Shown here: in pieces, positions 35,388 to 45,326 of the stretch
Numbering within the stretch: position 1 is the first letter of the stretch
Layout: every line of letters begins with the position of its first letter
Assembly: GCA_963807035.1 (NCBI GenBank)
Contig: CAWEAL010000003.1
Span: 164,372 to 228,371 of the forward strand
Direction: 5' to 3'
Origin: an uncultured Chloroflexia bacterium
Lineage (GTDB): Bacteria > Chloroflexota > Limnocylindria > Limnocylindrales > CSP1-4
Length of the DNA: 64,000 bases
The notes under the pieces: model-generated
Told to the model about the DNA's origin: nothing
Database searches by the model: none
What the model saw: the letters and a program-made list of their open reading frames with translations, nothing else
Translations under genes and position numbers: made by a program

Positions 35388-37340
35388 ATGACCGTCGTGA
35401 TCGGGACCGCGGGGCACATCGATCACGGCAAGACCGCCCTCCTTCGGGCGTTGACCGGGATCGACGCGGACCGGCTGCCCGAGGAGCGACGCCGCGGGAT
35501 GACGATCGACGTCGGCTACGCCCACCTCCGACTGGCGGACGGCACCGAGCTCGATTTCGTCGACGTCCCGGGCCACGACCGGCTCGTCGGGAACATGCTC
35601 GTGGGGGCCGGCGAGATCGATGCCGCGCTGCTCGTCGTCGCCGCCGACGACGGGCCGCGCGCCCAGACGGTCGAGCACCTCGAGCTCCTCGATGCCCTCG
35701 GCATCCGCGACGGGATCGTCGTCCTGACCAAGATCGATTCTGTCGACCCGGCCCGGGCCGGGGAGGCCGGGGCGCTCGTCCGGACGCTCCTGGCCGGGAC
35801 GACCCTCGAAGCCGCGCCGATCCTCGCCGTGTCGTCGGTCGCCGGCACCGGCCTGGCCGAATTGGCGGAGGCTCTGGTGGGCCTGCGCGACCGGGTCCTC
35901 GCGAGCTCGCCGGCCGGTCCGCCGCCGGCCGGGGCCCCGGTCCGGCTGGCGATCGATCGGGTCTTCGCGGTGAAGGGCCGGGGCACCGTCGTGACCGGCT
36001 CGCTCCGGGGCGGGCGCCTGACCAGGGGCGCCCAGCTGCGCCTCGTTCCCGGCGACCGGCCGGTCCGGGCGCGCGAGGTGCAGGTCCACGGCCGGGCAGT
36101 CGAAGCGGTCGAGGGCGGAGGTCGGGTCGCCTTGAACCTGGCCGGGATCGATGTCGACGAACTGGAGCGGGGCGGGATCCTCAGCACCGACGAGCTGATC
36201 GTGGCGAGCGCGAGGATCATCGCCGTGCTGGCCCCCGGCCGCGCGTTGCGCGGCGATCACGGAGGTCGCGGCTGGCCGCCTGCCCCGGGTGCTTCGTTCC
36301 GGCTCCACCTCGGCACGGACCAGGTGGAGGCGACGCTCGGTCGCGGCCGGCGCGATCGACTCGTCCTGCCCGACGGACGCGTCGTGGCCCGCCTCCGGTT
36401 CGGCCGGCCGATCGGCCTGGCGGCCGGCGATCGGTTCGTCCTCCGCCACGGGGCATCCGATGGCCCGGCGATCGGCGGCGTGGTAGCCGATCCGCTCCCT
36501 CCGACCGGCCCGTCGCGCCGCCGAGCCGATCCGGACCGCCTGGCCGCGCTCGCCTCGGCCGATCCGATCGAGCGGTCGCGCGGGCTGGTCGCGCTCCACG
36601 GCGTCCTCGATCCCGCGCGTCTGCCCAGGGCCGAGCCGGGCGCCCACCCCGGCGCCGGCATCGATGCCGGTCGGCTGGCCGGCCTGCTCGTCCAGCGTCC
36701 GCTCGTCGAGGGGCTCCAGGCCGCCGCCGTCGAGGTGGTTGCCGGTCACGCCCGCGAGCAGCCGGCCCGGCCGGGAATGTCGCGAGCCGAACTTCGGGCG
36801 GTGATCGTCCGGTCCCTCCGCCGGCAGGCGACCGTCGATCTCCACCGGGCCGGCCTGGTCGCCGACGCACTCCTGGGCGGCCTGGTCGACGCCGGGCGCC
36901 TCGTTCGGAGCGGCGACCAGCTGGACGAGCCGGGCGGCGAGGCAGGCCCGCCGGCCGCGGTAACGGTCGCGATGGGCCGCCTCGAACGCCTGCTGGCGAC
37001 GCCGGCGCCACCATCGCTGGCCGGAGCTGCCCGACAGGTCGGTTGTCCGCTCGAAGGCATCCGGGCCCTCGAATCGAGCGGGCGGATCGTCCGGCTCGAC
37101 GACGACCTGGCGTACGCGGCGGCGACCTACGGCGAGCTGGCCCGGACCGCCCTCACGATGGCGGCTGCCGGACCCCTCTCGCCGGCTGCCTACCGGGACG
37201 CGACCGGGACGAGCCGCAAGTACGTACTGGCGATCCTCGAGGACCTCGATCGGCGAGGCATCCTCCGGCGCACGCTCGACGGCCACCTGCCCGGGCCGCG
37301 GGCGGCGCTCATCGCCGGAATCGGCCGAGCCGACCCGTGA
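35388..37340 (+). CDS. selB: selenocysteine-specific translation elongation factor
   Basis: 651 aa from ATG 35388. G-domain GTAGHIDHGKTAL, DVPGH, TKID, and a long C-terminal winged-helix extension. Confidence 0.9.
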   Translation: MTVVIGTAGHIDHGKTALLRALTGIDADRLPEERRRGMTIDVGYAHLRLADGTELDFVDVPGHDRLVGNMLVGAGEIDAALLVVAADDGPRAQTVEHLELLDALGIRDGIVVLTKIDSVDPARAGEAGALVRTLLAGTTLEAAPILAVSSVAGTGLAELAEALVGLRDRVLASSPAGPPPAGAPVRLAIDRVFAVKGRGTVVTGSLRGGRLTRGAQLRLVPGDRPVRAREVQVHGRAVEAVEGGGRVALNLAGIDVDELERGGILSTDELIVASARIIAVLAPGRALRGDHGGRGWPPAPGASFRLHLGTDQVEATLGRGRRDRLVLPDGRVVARLRFGRPIGLAAGDRFVLRHGASDGPAIGGVVADPLPPTGPSRRRADPDRLAALASADPIERSRGLVALHGVLDPARLPRAEPGAHPGAGIDAGRLAGLLVQRPLVEGLQAAAVEVVAGHAREQPARPGMSRAELRAVIVRSLRRQATVDLHRAGLVADALLGGLVDAGRLVRSGDQLDEPGGEAGPPAAVTVAMGRLERLLATPAPPSLAGAARQVGCPLEGIRALESSGRIVRLDDDLAYAAATYGELARTALTMAAAGPLSPAAYRDATGTSRKYVLAILEDLDRRGILRRTLDGHLPGPRAALIAGIGRADP

Positions 37341-37987
37341 GCCGCGTGCCGGCGGTCTCCGGGATCGTGCTCGCCGGCGGCGCGTCGCGGCGCTTCGGGG
37401 GGGACAAGCTGGCCGAGCCGGTCGCCGGCGTCCCCCTCCTCGACCGGGCGGTCCGGGTGTTGGCCGAGGTGGCCGGCGAGGTCGTCGTCGTCGCGGCACC
37501 GGGCCGGCCGGTACCGGGGCTGGCCGGGATCGACGGCGGGCCCGCGATCCGCATCGTGACCGATCCGGAGCCTTTCGGCGGACCGCTCGCCGGGGTTCGG
37601 ACAGGGCTCGCCGCCGCTCGCGGCTCGATCGTCATCGTCGTCGGAGGCGACATGCCCTCGATCGTGCCGGCCGTCCTGCGGCGGCTCCTCGAGCGGGCCC
37701 CGGCGGCCCTCGCCGATGAGGCCGGCATCCTCCGCCCGCTGCCGTGCACCCTCGATCGCCGGGCGGCCCTGGTTGCCGCCGACCGCCTGCTGGGCGCCGG
37801 AGAACGCCGGCTCCGCTCGCTCCTGGCCGAGCTCGGAACGATCGCCCTGTCCCGCCCCGAATGGGCCGTCGACGACCCGGATGGGCTGACCCTCGTCGAT
37901 GTCGACGAGCGGACCGACCTGCCCGACAGGCAGCGAGGCCCCGACCTTGCGATCGGGGCCTCGCCGGAGGAGGAGCCCGGCCCCTGA
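37337..37987 (+). CDS. mobA: molybdenum cofactor guanylyltransferase
   Basis: The GTG overlaps the selB stop (GTGA). GIVLAGGASRRFGGDKL ... VVGGDMP motifs. Confidence 0.85.
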   Translation: MSRVPAVSGIVLAGGASRRFGGDKLAEPVAGVPLLDRAVRVLAEVAGEVVVVAAPGRPVPGLAGIDGGPAIRIVTDPEPFGGPLAGVRTGLAAARGSIVIVVGGDMPSIVPAVLRRLLERAPAALADEAGILRPLPCTLDRRAALVAADRLLGAGERRLRSLLAELGTIALSRPEWAVDDPDGLTLVDVDERTDLPDRQRGPDLAIGASPEEEPGP

Positions 37988-38096
37988 TGGGAGGAGGAGG
38001 ACCGGGACGAGGAGTACCTGACCAGAATCTGGACGCCGGCCGTTATCGCCGGCTGCACGGCCGGTTAACGCTGGGTGCGCGCCCGGAGCCGGCGCT

Positions 38097-38801
38097 TCAG
38101 ATCCGGAACGTGTCCCCGGCGCGCAGGCGCTCTCGATTGAGGCCCCGCCAGATCGTGACCCGGCCCCGACCGCGGACCTGCCAACTGTCGTTCCGGCCGA
38201 TCGCGGCCGTGTCCTCGTCGATCCCCAGAACGACCGTGCCCCGCGGTGCGCGGGCGACCCGCACCGCGGCCAGCGTCTCCGGGAACCGGTCGTAGTGGGG
38301 GAGGACGGCCGCTCCGCCGACGACGCCCAGCCCCGGCTCGAACCCGAGCGGCAGGTGGGGCGGATAGCGGAACCGCGCCATCTCGGCGCACAGGACCATC
38401 GCGCCGGCCGAGCAGCCCACCAGGACGCTGCCCCGGGCATGGGCGGCGACGGCCGCCGCCCAGACGGCGGTTCCCGCGAGGGTGGCCCGAAGGTGATCGG
38501 GCTTGCCTCCGGAGAGGTAGATCAGGTCGGCTTCCCCGACGGCTTGGGCGTTGGCCGGGTCATTCGCGTCGGCGCGCTCCCGGACGGGTACGAACTCCAC
38601 TTCGGCGCCGAGCCCCTCGAAGTGCTCGATGCCCATCGCCGCCCACCGCCGGAAGGTGGCATCCCCGTCGGGCCACGAGGCGGTCGGCAGGAGCGCCACC
38701 CGCGGCCGGACCCGCCCAACCGTCGCGAGCAGCTCGGCATCGATCTCGGCCATCGCGGGGAGGAACTCACCGGCGCCGACGAGCGCCACAGGGCCGGGCA
38801 T
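38097..38801 (-). CDS. peptidase S51 family (cyanophycinase / dipeptidase E-like, class I GATase-like fold)
   Basis: 234 aa. IYLSGGKPDHL and GCSAGAMV (Ser nucleophile context). Confidence 0.7.
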   Translation of the reverse strand: MPGPVALVGAGEFLPAMAEIDAELLATVGRVRPRVALLPTASWPDGDATFRRWAAMGIEHFEGLGAEVEFVPVRERADANDPANAQAVGEADLIYLSGGKPDHLRATLAGTAVWAAAVAAHARGSVLVGCSAGAMVLCAEMARFRYPPHLPLGFEPGLGVVGGAAVLPHYDRFPETLAAVRVARAPRGTVVLGIDEDTAAIGRNDSWQVRGRGRVTIWRGLNRERLRAGDTFRI

Positions 38802-38913
38802 CGGCCGAGTCTAGCGTGGGTTCGGGGAGCGGTCCGATTCGGGCCGGGCCGACCCGCCGGTGGCGCCGGTCGCGCCTTGCGCCGGGGGTGCCGGTCCTCG
38901 CACACTGCCGCCA

Positions 38914-40497
38914 ATGAACCTCCGCCAGCGCTGGACGATGGTCGCTGCCGTGCTCGGCTCGTCGATCGTCTTCCTCGACGGGACGATCGTGAACGTCGCC
39001 CTCCCGTCGATCGGCGAGTCGGTCCCCCATTCGATCGTCGGCGTCCTCGAAGGCCAGACCTACATCACCAGCGGGTACCTCGCAACCCTGGCGGCATTGC
39101 TGATCCTGGCCGGGGCACTGGCCGACTTCTATGGCCGCCGGCGGGTCTTCCTGATCGGCCTGGCCGGCTTCGGCCTGACCTCGATCCTGTGCGGGCTGTC
39201 ACCCAGCCTCGAGCTGCTCGTCGTGTTCCGGATCATGCAGGGGGCTGCCGGCGCGCTGCTCGTGCCCTGCTCGCTGTCGATCATCACGGCCACCTTCCAC
39301 GAGCCCCAGCGCAGCCGGGCGTTCGGGATCTGGGCCGCGGCCACGTCGGCCACCTCGATCCTCGGTCCGACCGTCGGCGGACTGCTGATCCAGGCGATCA
39401 GCTGGCGGGTCGCCTTCCTGATCAACGCACCGCTCGTCCTCCTCGCCCTCTACGCCACGCGCAGCTACGTCGAGGAGACCCGCGACGAGGAGGCGAGCGG
39501 ACGCTTCGACTGGCTCGGCGCCCTGGTCATCGCGCTGGCGGTCGGCGGCCTCACCTTCGGGGCGATCCGGGGCCAGGCCCAGCAATGGCGCGATCCGGTC
39601 TCGTTCATGGCCATCGGAATCGGCCTGCTCGCGATCATCGCCTTCCCGATCCTGATGAGCCGGCGGGTGAATCCGCTCGTGCCGCTCGGCCTCTTCCGGG
39701 TCCGCGGGTTCGCCACGATCAACCTGTCGACGCTGCTGATCTACGGCGCCCTGTACGTCACCTTCGGCCTCCAGAGCCTGTTCCTGCAGGGCACCCTGGG
39801 CTACGCGGCGTTTGCGGCCGGAGCGGTCGGCCTGCCGACCGGAATCCTGCTGACGCTCCTGTCGACCCGGATCGGCAGCCTCGCCGGCCGTCTCGGGGGC
39901 CGGCGCTTCCTGACGGCCGGTCCGATCGTCACCGCCGCCGGGCTGATCTGGCTGGCCCGGATCCCGGCGACCAGCCAGGCGTGGTCCGGCGGTCCGATCC
40001 CGCCGGTCGGCACGCTGGTCGACGTGCTCCCCGGGATCATCCTGTTCGGGATCGGCATGAGCATGGTCGTCGCGCCCCTCACGAGCACGCTGATGAGCTC
40101 GGTCCCGGTCCGCAACGCCGGCCTCGCCTCGGCCGTCAACAACGCCATCTCGCGCGTCGGGCAGCCCCTCCTCAGCGCCCTGTTCTTCATCGTCATCACG
40201 GCCACGTTCTACAACTCGCTGGCGGTCAAGGTGCCGGGCGTCGACCCGAACGACCCGGTCCTGCGGGCGGAGGTCCAACCGCTCAACAGGCCGCTGGCCG
40301 GCACGCCCGCGGCGATCGCCACGGCCGCCGACGAAGCCTCGACCGATGCCTTCCATCTGGCCATGATCGTCAGTGCCGTCCTGATGCTGGGCGGAGCGGC
40401 GGTGAACTTCGTCGGGCTGCGCGGCGGCGGACCATCGCCCGCCCGAGCCGTCGCGGATTCCGAGCCGGAGGGATCCGGCTCGACGACGTCCGGCTGA
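38914..40497 (+). CDS. MFS transporter, DHA2 (EmrB/QacA, 14-TMS) type
   Basis: MNLRQRWTMVAAVLGSSIVFLDGTIVNVALPSI ... LADFYGRRRVFLIGL pattern, about 14 hydrophobic segments. Confidence 0.85.
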   Translation: MNLRQRWTMVAAVLGSSIVFLDGTIVNVALPSIGESVPHSIVGVLEGQTYITSGYLATLAALLILAGALADFYGRRRVFLIGLAGFGLTSILCGLSPSLELLVVFRIMQGAAGALLVPCSLSIITATFHEPQRSRAFGIWAAATSATSILGPTVGGLLIQAISWRVAFLINAPLVLLALYATRSYVEETRDEEASGRFDWLGALVIALAVGGLTFGAIRGQAQQWRDPVSFMAIGIGLLAIIAFPILMSRRVNPLVPLGLFRVRGFATINLSTLLIYGALYVTFGLQSLFLQGTLGYAAFAAGAVGLPTGILLTLLSTRIGSLAGRLGGRRFLTAGPIVTAAGLIWLARIPATSQAWSGGPIPPVGTLVDVLPGIILFGIGMSMVVAPLTSTLMSSVPVRNAGLASAVNNAISRVGQPLLSALFFIVITATFYNSLAVKVPGVDPNDPVLRAEVQPLNRPLAGTPAAIATAADEASTDAFHLAMIVSAVLMLGGAAVNFVGLRGGGPSPARAVADSEPEGSGSTTSG

Positions 40498-40545
40498 ACA
40501 TCGTCGCCCGCCGGGCGGTCTGACCCGGCAGGTCCCGCCGTTCGC

Positions 40546-40884
40546 TCAGCTCGGCGAATGACTCCGGAAGCAATCGGAGCAGTAGACCGGACGGTCCATC
40601 CGCGGCTTGAACGGGACCTGGGCCTGGTTCCCGCAGGACGAGCACAGCACCGCAAAATACTCGCGGGCCGGTCGGTCGCCCCGCTCGAAGCCGCGCGGCC
40701 CGCCGATGTCGCGCAGGTCGTACTCCGACGACTCGCGACCGGCCCGCCGGCTGGCGCGACAGCTGCTGCAGCGCTTGGGATCGGAGACGAAGCCCTTCTG
40801 GACGTAGAACTCCTGGTCGGCGGCGCTGTGAATGAACTCGACGCCGCAGTCGACGCAGCTGAGAGTTCGATCGGCGTAGGTCAT
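40546..40884 (-). CDS. zinc-ribbon two-module protein (intact paralog of 6635..7004)
   Basis: 112 aa. MTYADRTLSCVDCGVEFIHSAADQEFYVQKGFVSDPKRCSSCRASRR ... FAVLCSSCGNQAQVPFKPRMDRPVYCSDCF. Confidence 0.75.
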   Translation of the reverse strand: MTYADRTLSCVDCGVEFIHSAADQEFYVQKGFVSDPKRCSSCRASRRAGRESSEYDLRDIGGPRGFERGDRPAREYFAVLCSSCGNQAQVPFKPRMDRPVYCSDCFRSHSPS

Positions 40885-41185
40885 CCGGTCCTCCAGGTCT
40901 GTCAGGTTCGGCGGGCCCGGGACAGGGCGCGGCTGAGGACGGAAGCGAGTCGGCGAGTCCCACGCAGGTGCCGCGCAATCCAGGTCCTGTTGCCGAAGGT
41001 CCCAGTCGGGGCACACCGGTGATTGAGCCGCGAGGATACCAAAGGTTCCGGATTCGAGCAGACGCCGGGTGCCATCGAACCTGTCACAATGCGGGTCGAG
41101 ACTCGGGCCGGCGGGCGAGGGCAAGGGGGCTCCTCGCCCGCACAAATCCCGCCACGGCGGACCAGCCCGGGCGCGGCCGCTCGAG

Positions 41186-42313
41186 ATGATCGACCCGATC
41201 CGCTGGAGGCGCCTGGCATTGCTCCGACTCCTGCAGACCTCGGACCTCCACCTCGGCGCACGCGACGTGGACCTGGGCGAGGCCGCCTCGATCCTGCGCG
41301 AGCGCCGGGCGGTCGCGTTCGAGCGCTCGCTGGCGCTGGCGACCTCCGAGAAGGTCGACCTCGTCCTGGTCGTCGGCGACCTGTTCGACTCGAACGCGGT
41401 GACCCGCAGCCTCGTCGACCGGGTGGCAGGCTGGCTCGCCGGCCTGGCCGGTGCCGGGATCCGGACGGTCATCCTGCCCGGCGATCACGATCGGCTCGAT
41501 GCCGCCTCGGTCTGGCGGGCCGTCGACCTGCCGGCCCTGGCCGGCGCGCCGGGCCTGGTCAGCGTGCTTGATCCATCCGCGGGCCCGTCCGGCGACCTGG
41601 CGATCGCGGAGCTCGGCCTGACGATCACCGGCCGGTTTCCGGCCCCCGACCTGCGCGACGACCGCTGGCGGGTCGGCCTCGTCCACGGTCCGGCCCGACC
41701 CAGGGACGACGAGATCGCCGGGGCCGGCGTCGACTACCTGGCGGTCGGCGGACAGCACGAGGCGGCCTCGGGCACGGCCGCCAACGTTGCCTGGGGTGCC
41801 AGCGGCGCACCCGAGATCGTCGACTGGCGGCGCGATCGGGCCGGCGAGGTGCTCCTCGTCCGGCTCGAGGAACACGGCGATCGCCGCTCGGTCGGGGTCG
41901 AGCGGCGCCGGGTCGGCACGACGCGCTACGAGTCGATCACGCTCGACCTGGCTGCCTTCCCGGATGATGCCGCCCTCGAGGCGGCGATCGTCGCCCGGGG
42001 CGATGGCGGGGCCGGGGCCGACCTGATCCTCGACGTTCGCCTGAGCGGCGCCTGGCCCGACGAGGTCGAGGCAGATCCGGAGCGGCTCGAGGCGGCCCTC
42101 CGGGGCCGTTTCCTCCAGGTCCGGGTCCGGAACGAGGCGAGCCCGACCTTGAGCGGTGCCGCGGCGCCTCCGGCAGAGACCGTCCTCGGGTCGTTCATCC
42201 GGGACCTCGAGGCCCGGATCGCCGCCCCGGGCGAAGGTGATCCGCCGCCGGACGAGCTGCGCGAGGCACTCCGGCTCGGCCGGCGTCTCCTGTCCGCGCC
42301 GGAGCGACGTTGA
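41186..42313 (+). CDS. metallophosphoesterase, SbcD/Mre11-like DNA repair exonuclease
   Basis: LLQTSDLHLG ... LVLVVGDLFD ... ILPGDHD motifs. Start taken at ATG 41186. Confidence 0.75.
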   Translation: MIDPIRWRRLALLRLLQTSDLHLGARDVDLGEAASILRERRAVAFERSLALATSEKVDLVLVVGDLFDSNAVTRSLVDRVAGWLAGLAGAGIRTVILPGDHDRLDAASVWRAVDLPALAGAPGLVSVLDPSAGPSGDLAIAELGLTITGRFPAPDLRDDRWRVGLVHGPARPRDDEIAGAGVDYLAVGGQHEAASGTAANVAWGASGAPEIVDWRRDRAGEVLLVRLEEHGDRRSVGVERRRVGTTRYESITLDLAAFPDDAALEAAIVARGDGGAGADLILDVRLSGAWPDEVEADPERLEAALRGRFLQVRVRNEASPTLSGAAAPPAETVLGSFIRDLEARIAAPGEGDPPPDELREALRLGRRLLSAPERR

Positions 42314-44499
42314 TGGCGGCCTTCCGGATCTACCGGGTCCAGCTGCGGGACCTGCGAATCCACCGCTCGCTCGATGTCGCCATCGCGCCGGGCCTGACGA
42401 TCGTGAAGGGGCCGAACGAGGCCGGCAAGTCGACCCTCGCCGACGCGATCGAGCTCGGCCTGACGGCCCCCACCGGGCGGACTGCCGACGAGCTTCGATC
42501 ATGGTCGGCCCCAGCCGAGGCGGAGCCGAGCGTGACGATCGACTTCAATGTCGACGCCGAGTCCGGCGACTCGCCCGGTCCGGCCGGCAGCGCAGGGATC
42601 CGGGCCGGCCAGATCAGCCGGACCTTCACGCCGGGCGGCGTGACCACCAGCCTGACGCTTGACGGGACCGCGATCACCGATCCGGCCGAGATCGACGCCC
42701 GGCTCGTCGAGCTGACCGGGTTGGCCAGCGCCGAGTTCTTCCGGGGCACGGCCTTCGTGCACCATGGCGAGCTGACCGGGATCTCGCCCGATCCGACCCT
42801 CCGCGAGCGGCTCGCCGCCTCGATGACCGCTGCCGATCGGCGGACCGCCGCAGCCAGGGCGAGCCTGGCCTCGACCCTCGCCGACCTGCGCGATCGCGGC
42901 GCCGGCAACCCGGGCCGCCTCGGCGTGGCCCAGGCGGCCGTCGATCGCTCGAGCACGCTCGTCGAGCAGGCCGACCATTCGCTCGAGAAGCTGGCCGCCG
43001 ATCGAGCCGCGGCGGTCGAAGCGGCCGAGGCGCAGATGGTCGCGGTGGGCCACCTCGCCGAGCTTCGCGACCTCCTCGAGCAGGCCCGCAAGGCCGAGCG
43101 GTTGACGGCCGAGCGCGACGCCGCGGCCGACCGCGCGAACCGCTACGCCGAGGCGATCACGACGGCGCGCGAGCTGGCCACGCTGAGCACGTCCCATCCG
43201 TCGAAGGAGCCTCTGCCGGTGCTCCGGCAGGTCGTCGGCCGGCTGGTCGGGGTCGATGCCCGGATCAACGAGCTGAGGCGCCTCCTCGCAGGCGAGGTGG
43301 AGGTCGATTTCGAGTCGATCGCCCCGAACCCGACCTGGCGCATGCCGATCCTGATCGGGGTGATCGGCGTCCTCGCCGGGATCGGGCTCGCCGCCGCAGG
43401 CGAGGTGGTCGTCGGCCGGTTCGCGCTGGTCGTGGGCGGGATCGGCCTCGCCCTGGTCGGGGCCGCCTTGGTGGTCTTCGCCCGGCGTCGAAGGAACGCA
43501 GCCCTGCGCGAGGACCGCAAGAAGCAGCTCGCCGACATCCAGATCGATCGCCGGCTCCGTGGGCGATCGCAGCTCGAGCACGAGCTGAAGGAGGCCGAGG
43601 CGGACTTCGTCCAGCAGCTCAACGCGATCAGCCAGCCGGACCTGCCCACGGCCCAGGCGGAGCTCGCTGCCGAGGAGGCCCACACGGCCAGGATCAACGA
43701 GCTCACCGCCAATCTCGAGCGGCTGGTCGGGCGCGATCCCGTTGAGGCCTTCCCGGCCAGCCGGGACTCGGCCCTGGCCACCGCTGCCGGCCGGTCGGCC
43801 GACCTCGCCAAGCTGGCCGACGCCGCCCGGGAGGAGGGTGCCCGGGCTCGCTTCGAGGCCGAGGTGGCCGACGCCGAGGGTGGCCTGGAGGTCGCCCGCC
43901 AGGCCGCGGCGACGACCCGGGCGACGGCCGATGCGAACCCCGTCGATTCCGACCAGGCCGCCGGCGAGGCGGAGCGCCTGGCCGTCTGGCAGGCGCAGCT
44001 CGGCGTCCTGCAGCGCCGGGCCCGGGTCCACGAGGTGGCGCTCCAGGCGATCGAACGGGCCGAGGCGGCGACCACGGCCCTGACCACCCGCTACGTCGAG
44101 CGGCGGATGAACGCCACGATCGGCACGATGACCGGCGGCCGCTATCGCCGGGTGGCGATCGAGGATGGATCCCTGGCGGTCCGGGTCTTCTCGGCCGAGC
44201 GCGGCGACTGGGTCCCGATCGAGGCGCTGTCCGACGGGACGGCGGAGCAGCTCCTTCTGGCGGCCCGGATCGGGCTGGTCAGCTACGCCACCCACGGACA
44301 GCTCCCGCCGCTCGTCCTCGACGACCCGTTCGCGGGCTACGACGAGGACCGGGCCGCCCGCTCGGTCGAGCTGCTCCGGGAGCTCGCGGCCGACGAGCAG
44401 ATCATCTACCTGACGACATCCAGCCGGTTCGATGGCGCCGGCGACACGATCGTCCAGCTGGCCGCCCCGACGGCCGTCGACGGAGCCGGCCCCTCCTGA
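42313..44499 (+). CDS. SbcC/Rad50-like AAA ATPase with internal transmembrane hairpin (YhaN/SbcE-like)
   Basis: Walker A GPNEAGKST, long coiled-coil, C-terminal LSDGTAEQLLLAARIGL ... LVLDDPF (signature and Walker B). Hydrophobic WRMPILIGVIGVLAGIGLAAAG...FALVVGGIGLALVGAALVVFA at about 43335..43490. TGATG overlap with sbcD-like. Confidence 0.75.
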   Translation: MAAFRIYRVQLRDLRIHRSLDVAIAPGLTIVKGPNEAGKSTLADAIELGLTAPTGRTADELRSWSAPAEAEPSVTIDFNVDAESGDSPGPAGSAGIRAGQISRTFTPGGVTTSLTLDGTAITDPAEIDARLVELTGLASAEFFRGTAFVHHGELTGISPDPTLRERLAASMTAADRRTAAARASLASTLADLRDRGAGNPGRLGVAQAAVDRSSTLVEQADHSLEKLAADRAAAVEAAEAQMVAVGHLAELRDLLEQARKAERLTAERDAAADRANRYAEAITTARELATLSTSHPSKEPLPVLRQVVGRLVGVDARINELRRLLAGEVEVDFESIAPNPTWRMPILIGVIGVLAGIGLAAAGEVVVGRFALVVGGIGLALVGAALVVFARRRRNAALREDRKKQLADIQIDRRLRGRSQLEHELKEAEADFVQQLNAISQPDLPTAQAELAAEEAHTARINELTANLERLVGRDPVEAFPASRDSALATAAGRSADLAKLADAAREEGARARFEAEVADAEGGLEVARQAAATTRATADANPVDSDQAAGEAERLAVWQAQLGVLQRRARVHEVALQAIERAEAATTALTTRYVERRMNATIGTMTGGRYRRVAIEDGSLAVRVFSAERGDWVPIEALSDGTAEQLLLAARIGLVSYATHGQLPPLVLDDPFAGYDEDRAARSVELLRELAADEQIIYLTTSSRFDGAGDTIVQLAAPTAVDGAGPS

Positions 44500-44660
44500 G
44501 CGTCGTCGTCCTCGGGCTGCTGGCGGCAATCAGCTGGGGTGCGGGCGATTTCGGCGGGGGGATCGCGGCCCGGCGCGGACGCCTGCTCGGGATCGTCATC
44601 CTCACCCAGTTCGTCGGAGCCGGCCTGACCCTGGCCGTCGCCCTGGCCAGGGCCGAGGCG

Positions 44661-45323
44661 GTGCCCCCGCCCTGGGAGATGGGCTGGGCACTGGCGGCCG
44701 GGGTCTTCGGCGGGGTCGGGATCATGGCGCTCTATCACGGCCTGGCGACCGGCCGGATGGGCGTCGTCGCCCCGATCAGCGGCGTACTGGCCGCGGCGAT
44801 CCCCGTCGCCCTCGGGATCGTGCTCCAGGGCCTGCCCGGACCGGCCCGGCTGGCCGGCATCGGGCTGGCCTTCGTCGCGGTCGTGCTCGTCTCCCAGGCT
44901 GGCGGCGGCGCCGCCCCGCGCGACGTCGGGCTGGGCCTGCTGGCCGGCTTCGGGATCGCCATCTTCAACGTCGCGGTGTCCCGGTTCGCGGCCGGCCAGG
45001 TCTTCGCCCCGCTGACGATCGTGCGCTCCTCGGAAGGGATCCTGTTCGCCCTGATCGTCGTCCTCGGCGGCCGGCCGTGGCGCCTGGCGAGACCGATCCT
45101 GCCCCTGGTCATCGTCGTCGGCGCGCTCGACATGGGCGGCAACGCGCTGTACATCCTGGCGACCCAGGCCGGCCGGTTGGATGTGGCCACCATCCTGTCT
45201 TCGCTCTACCCGGTCACGACGGTGATCCTTGCGGCCTGGATCCTGAACGAGCGGATCGTTGGCAGCCACCTCGTGGGGGTGGTCCTGGCCGCCGTGGCGA
45301 TCGTCCTGATCGGCGCCGGCTGA
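44661..45323 (+). CDS. EamA/DMT-family transporter (N-terminus probably extends upstream to about 44496)
   Basis: 10-TM-type DMT pattern. The first two helices (SVVVLGLLAAISWGAGDFGGG...) are encoded in frame upstream of the first canonical start (GTG 44661). Confidence 0.7.
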   Translation: MPPPWEMGWALAAGVFGGVGIMALYHGLATGRMGVVAPISGVLAAAIPVALGIVLQGLPGPARLAGIGLAFVAVVLVSQAGGGAAPRDVGLGLLAGFGIAIFNVAVSRFAAGQVFAPLTIVRSSEGILFALIVVLGGRPWRLARPILPLVIVVGALDMGGNALYILATQAGRLDVATILSSLYPVTTVILAAWILNERIVGSHLVGVVLAAVAIVLIGAG

Positions 45324-45326
45324 GGC

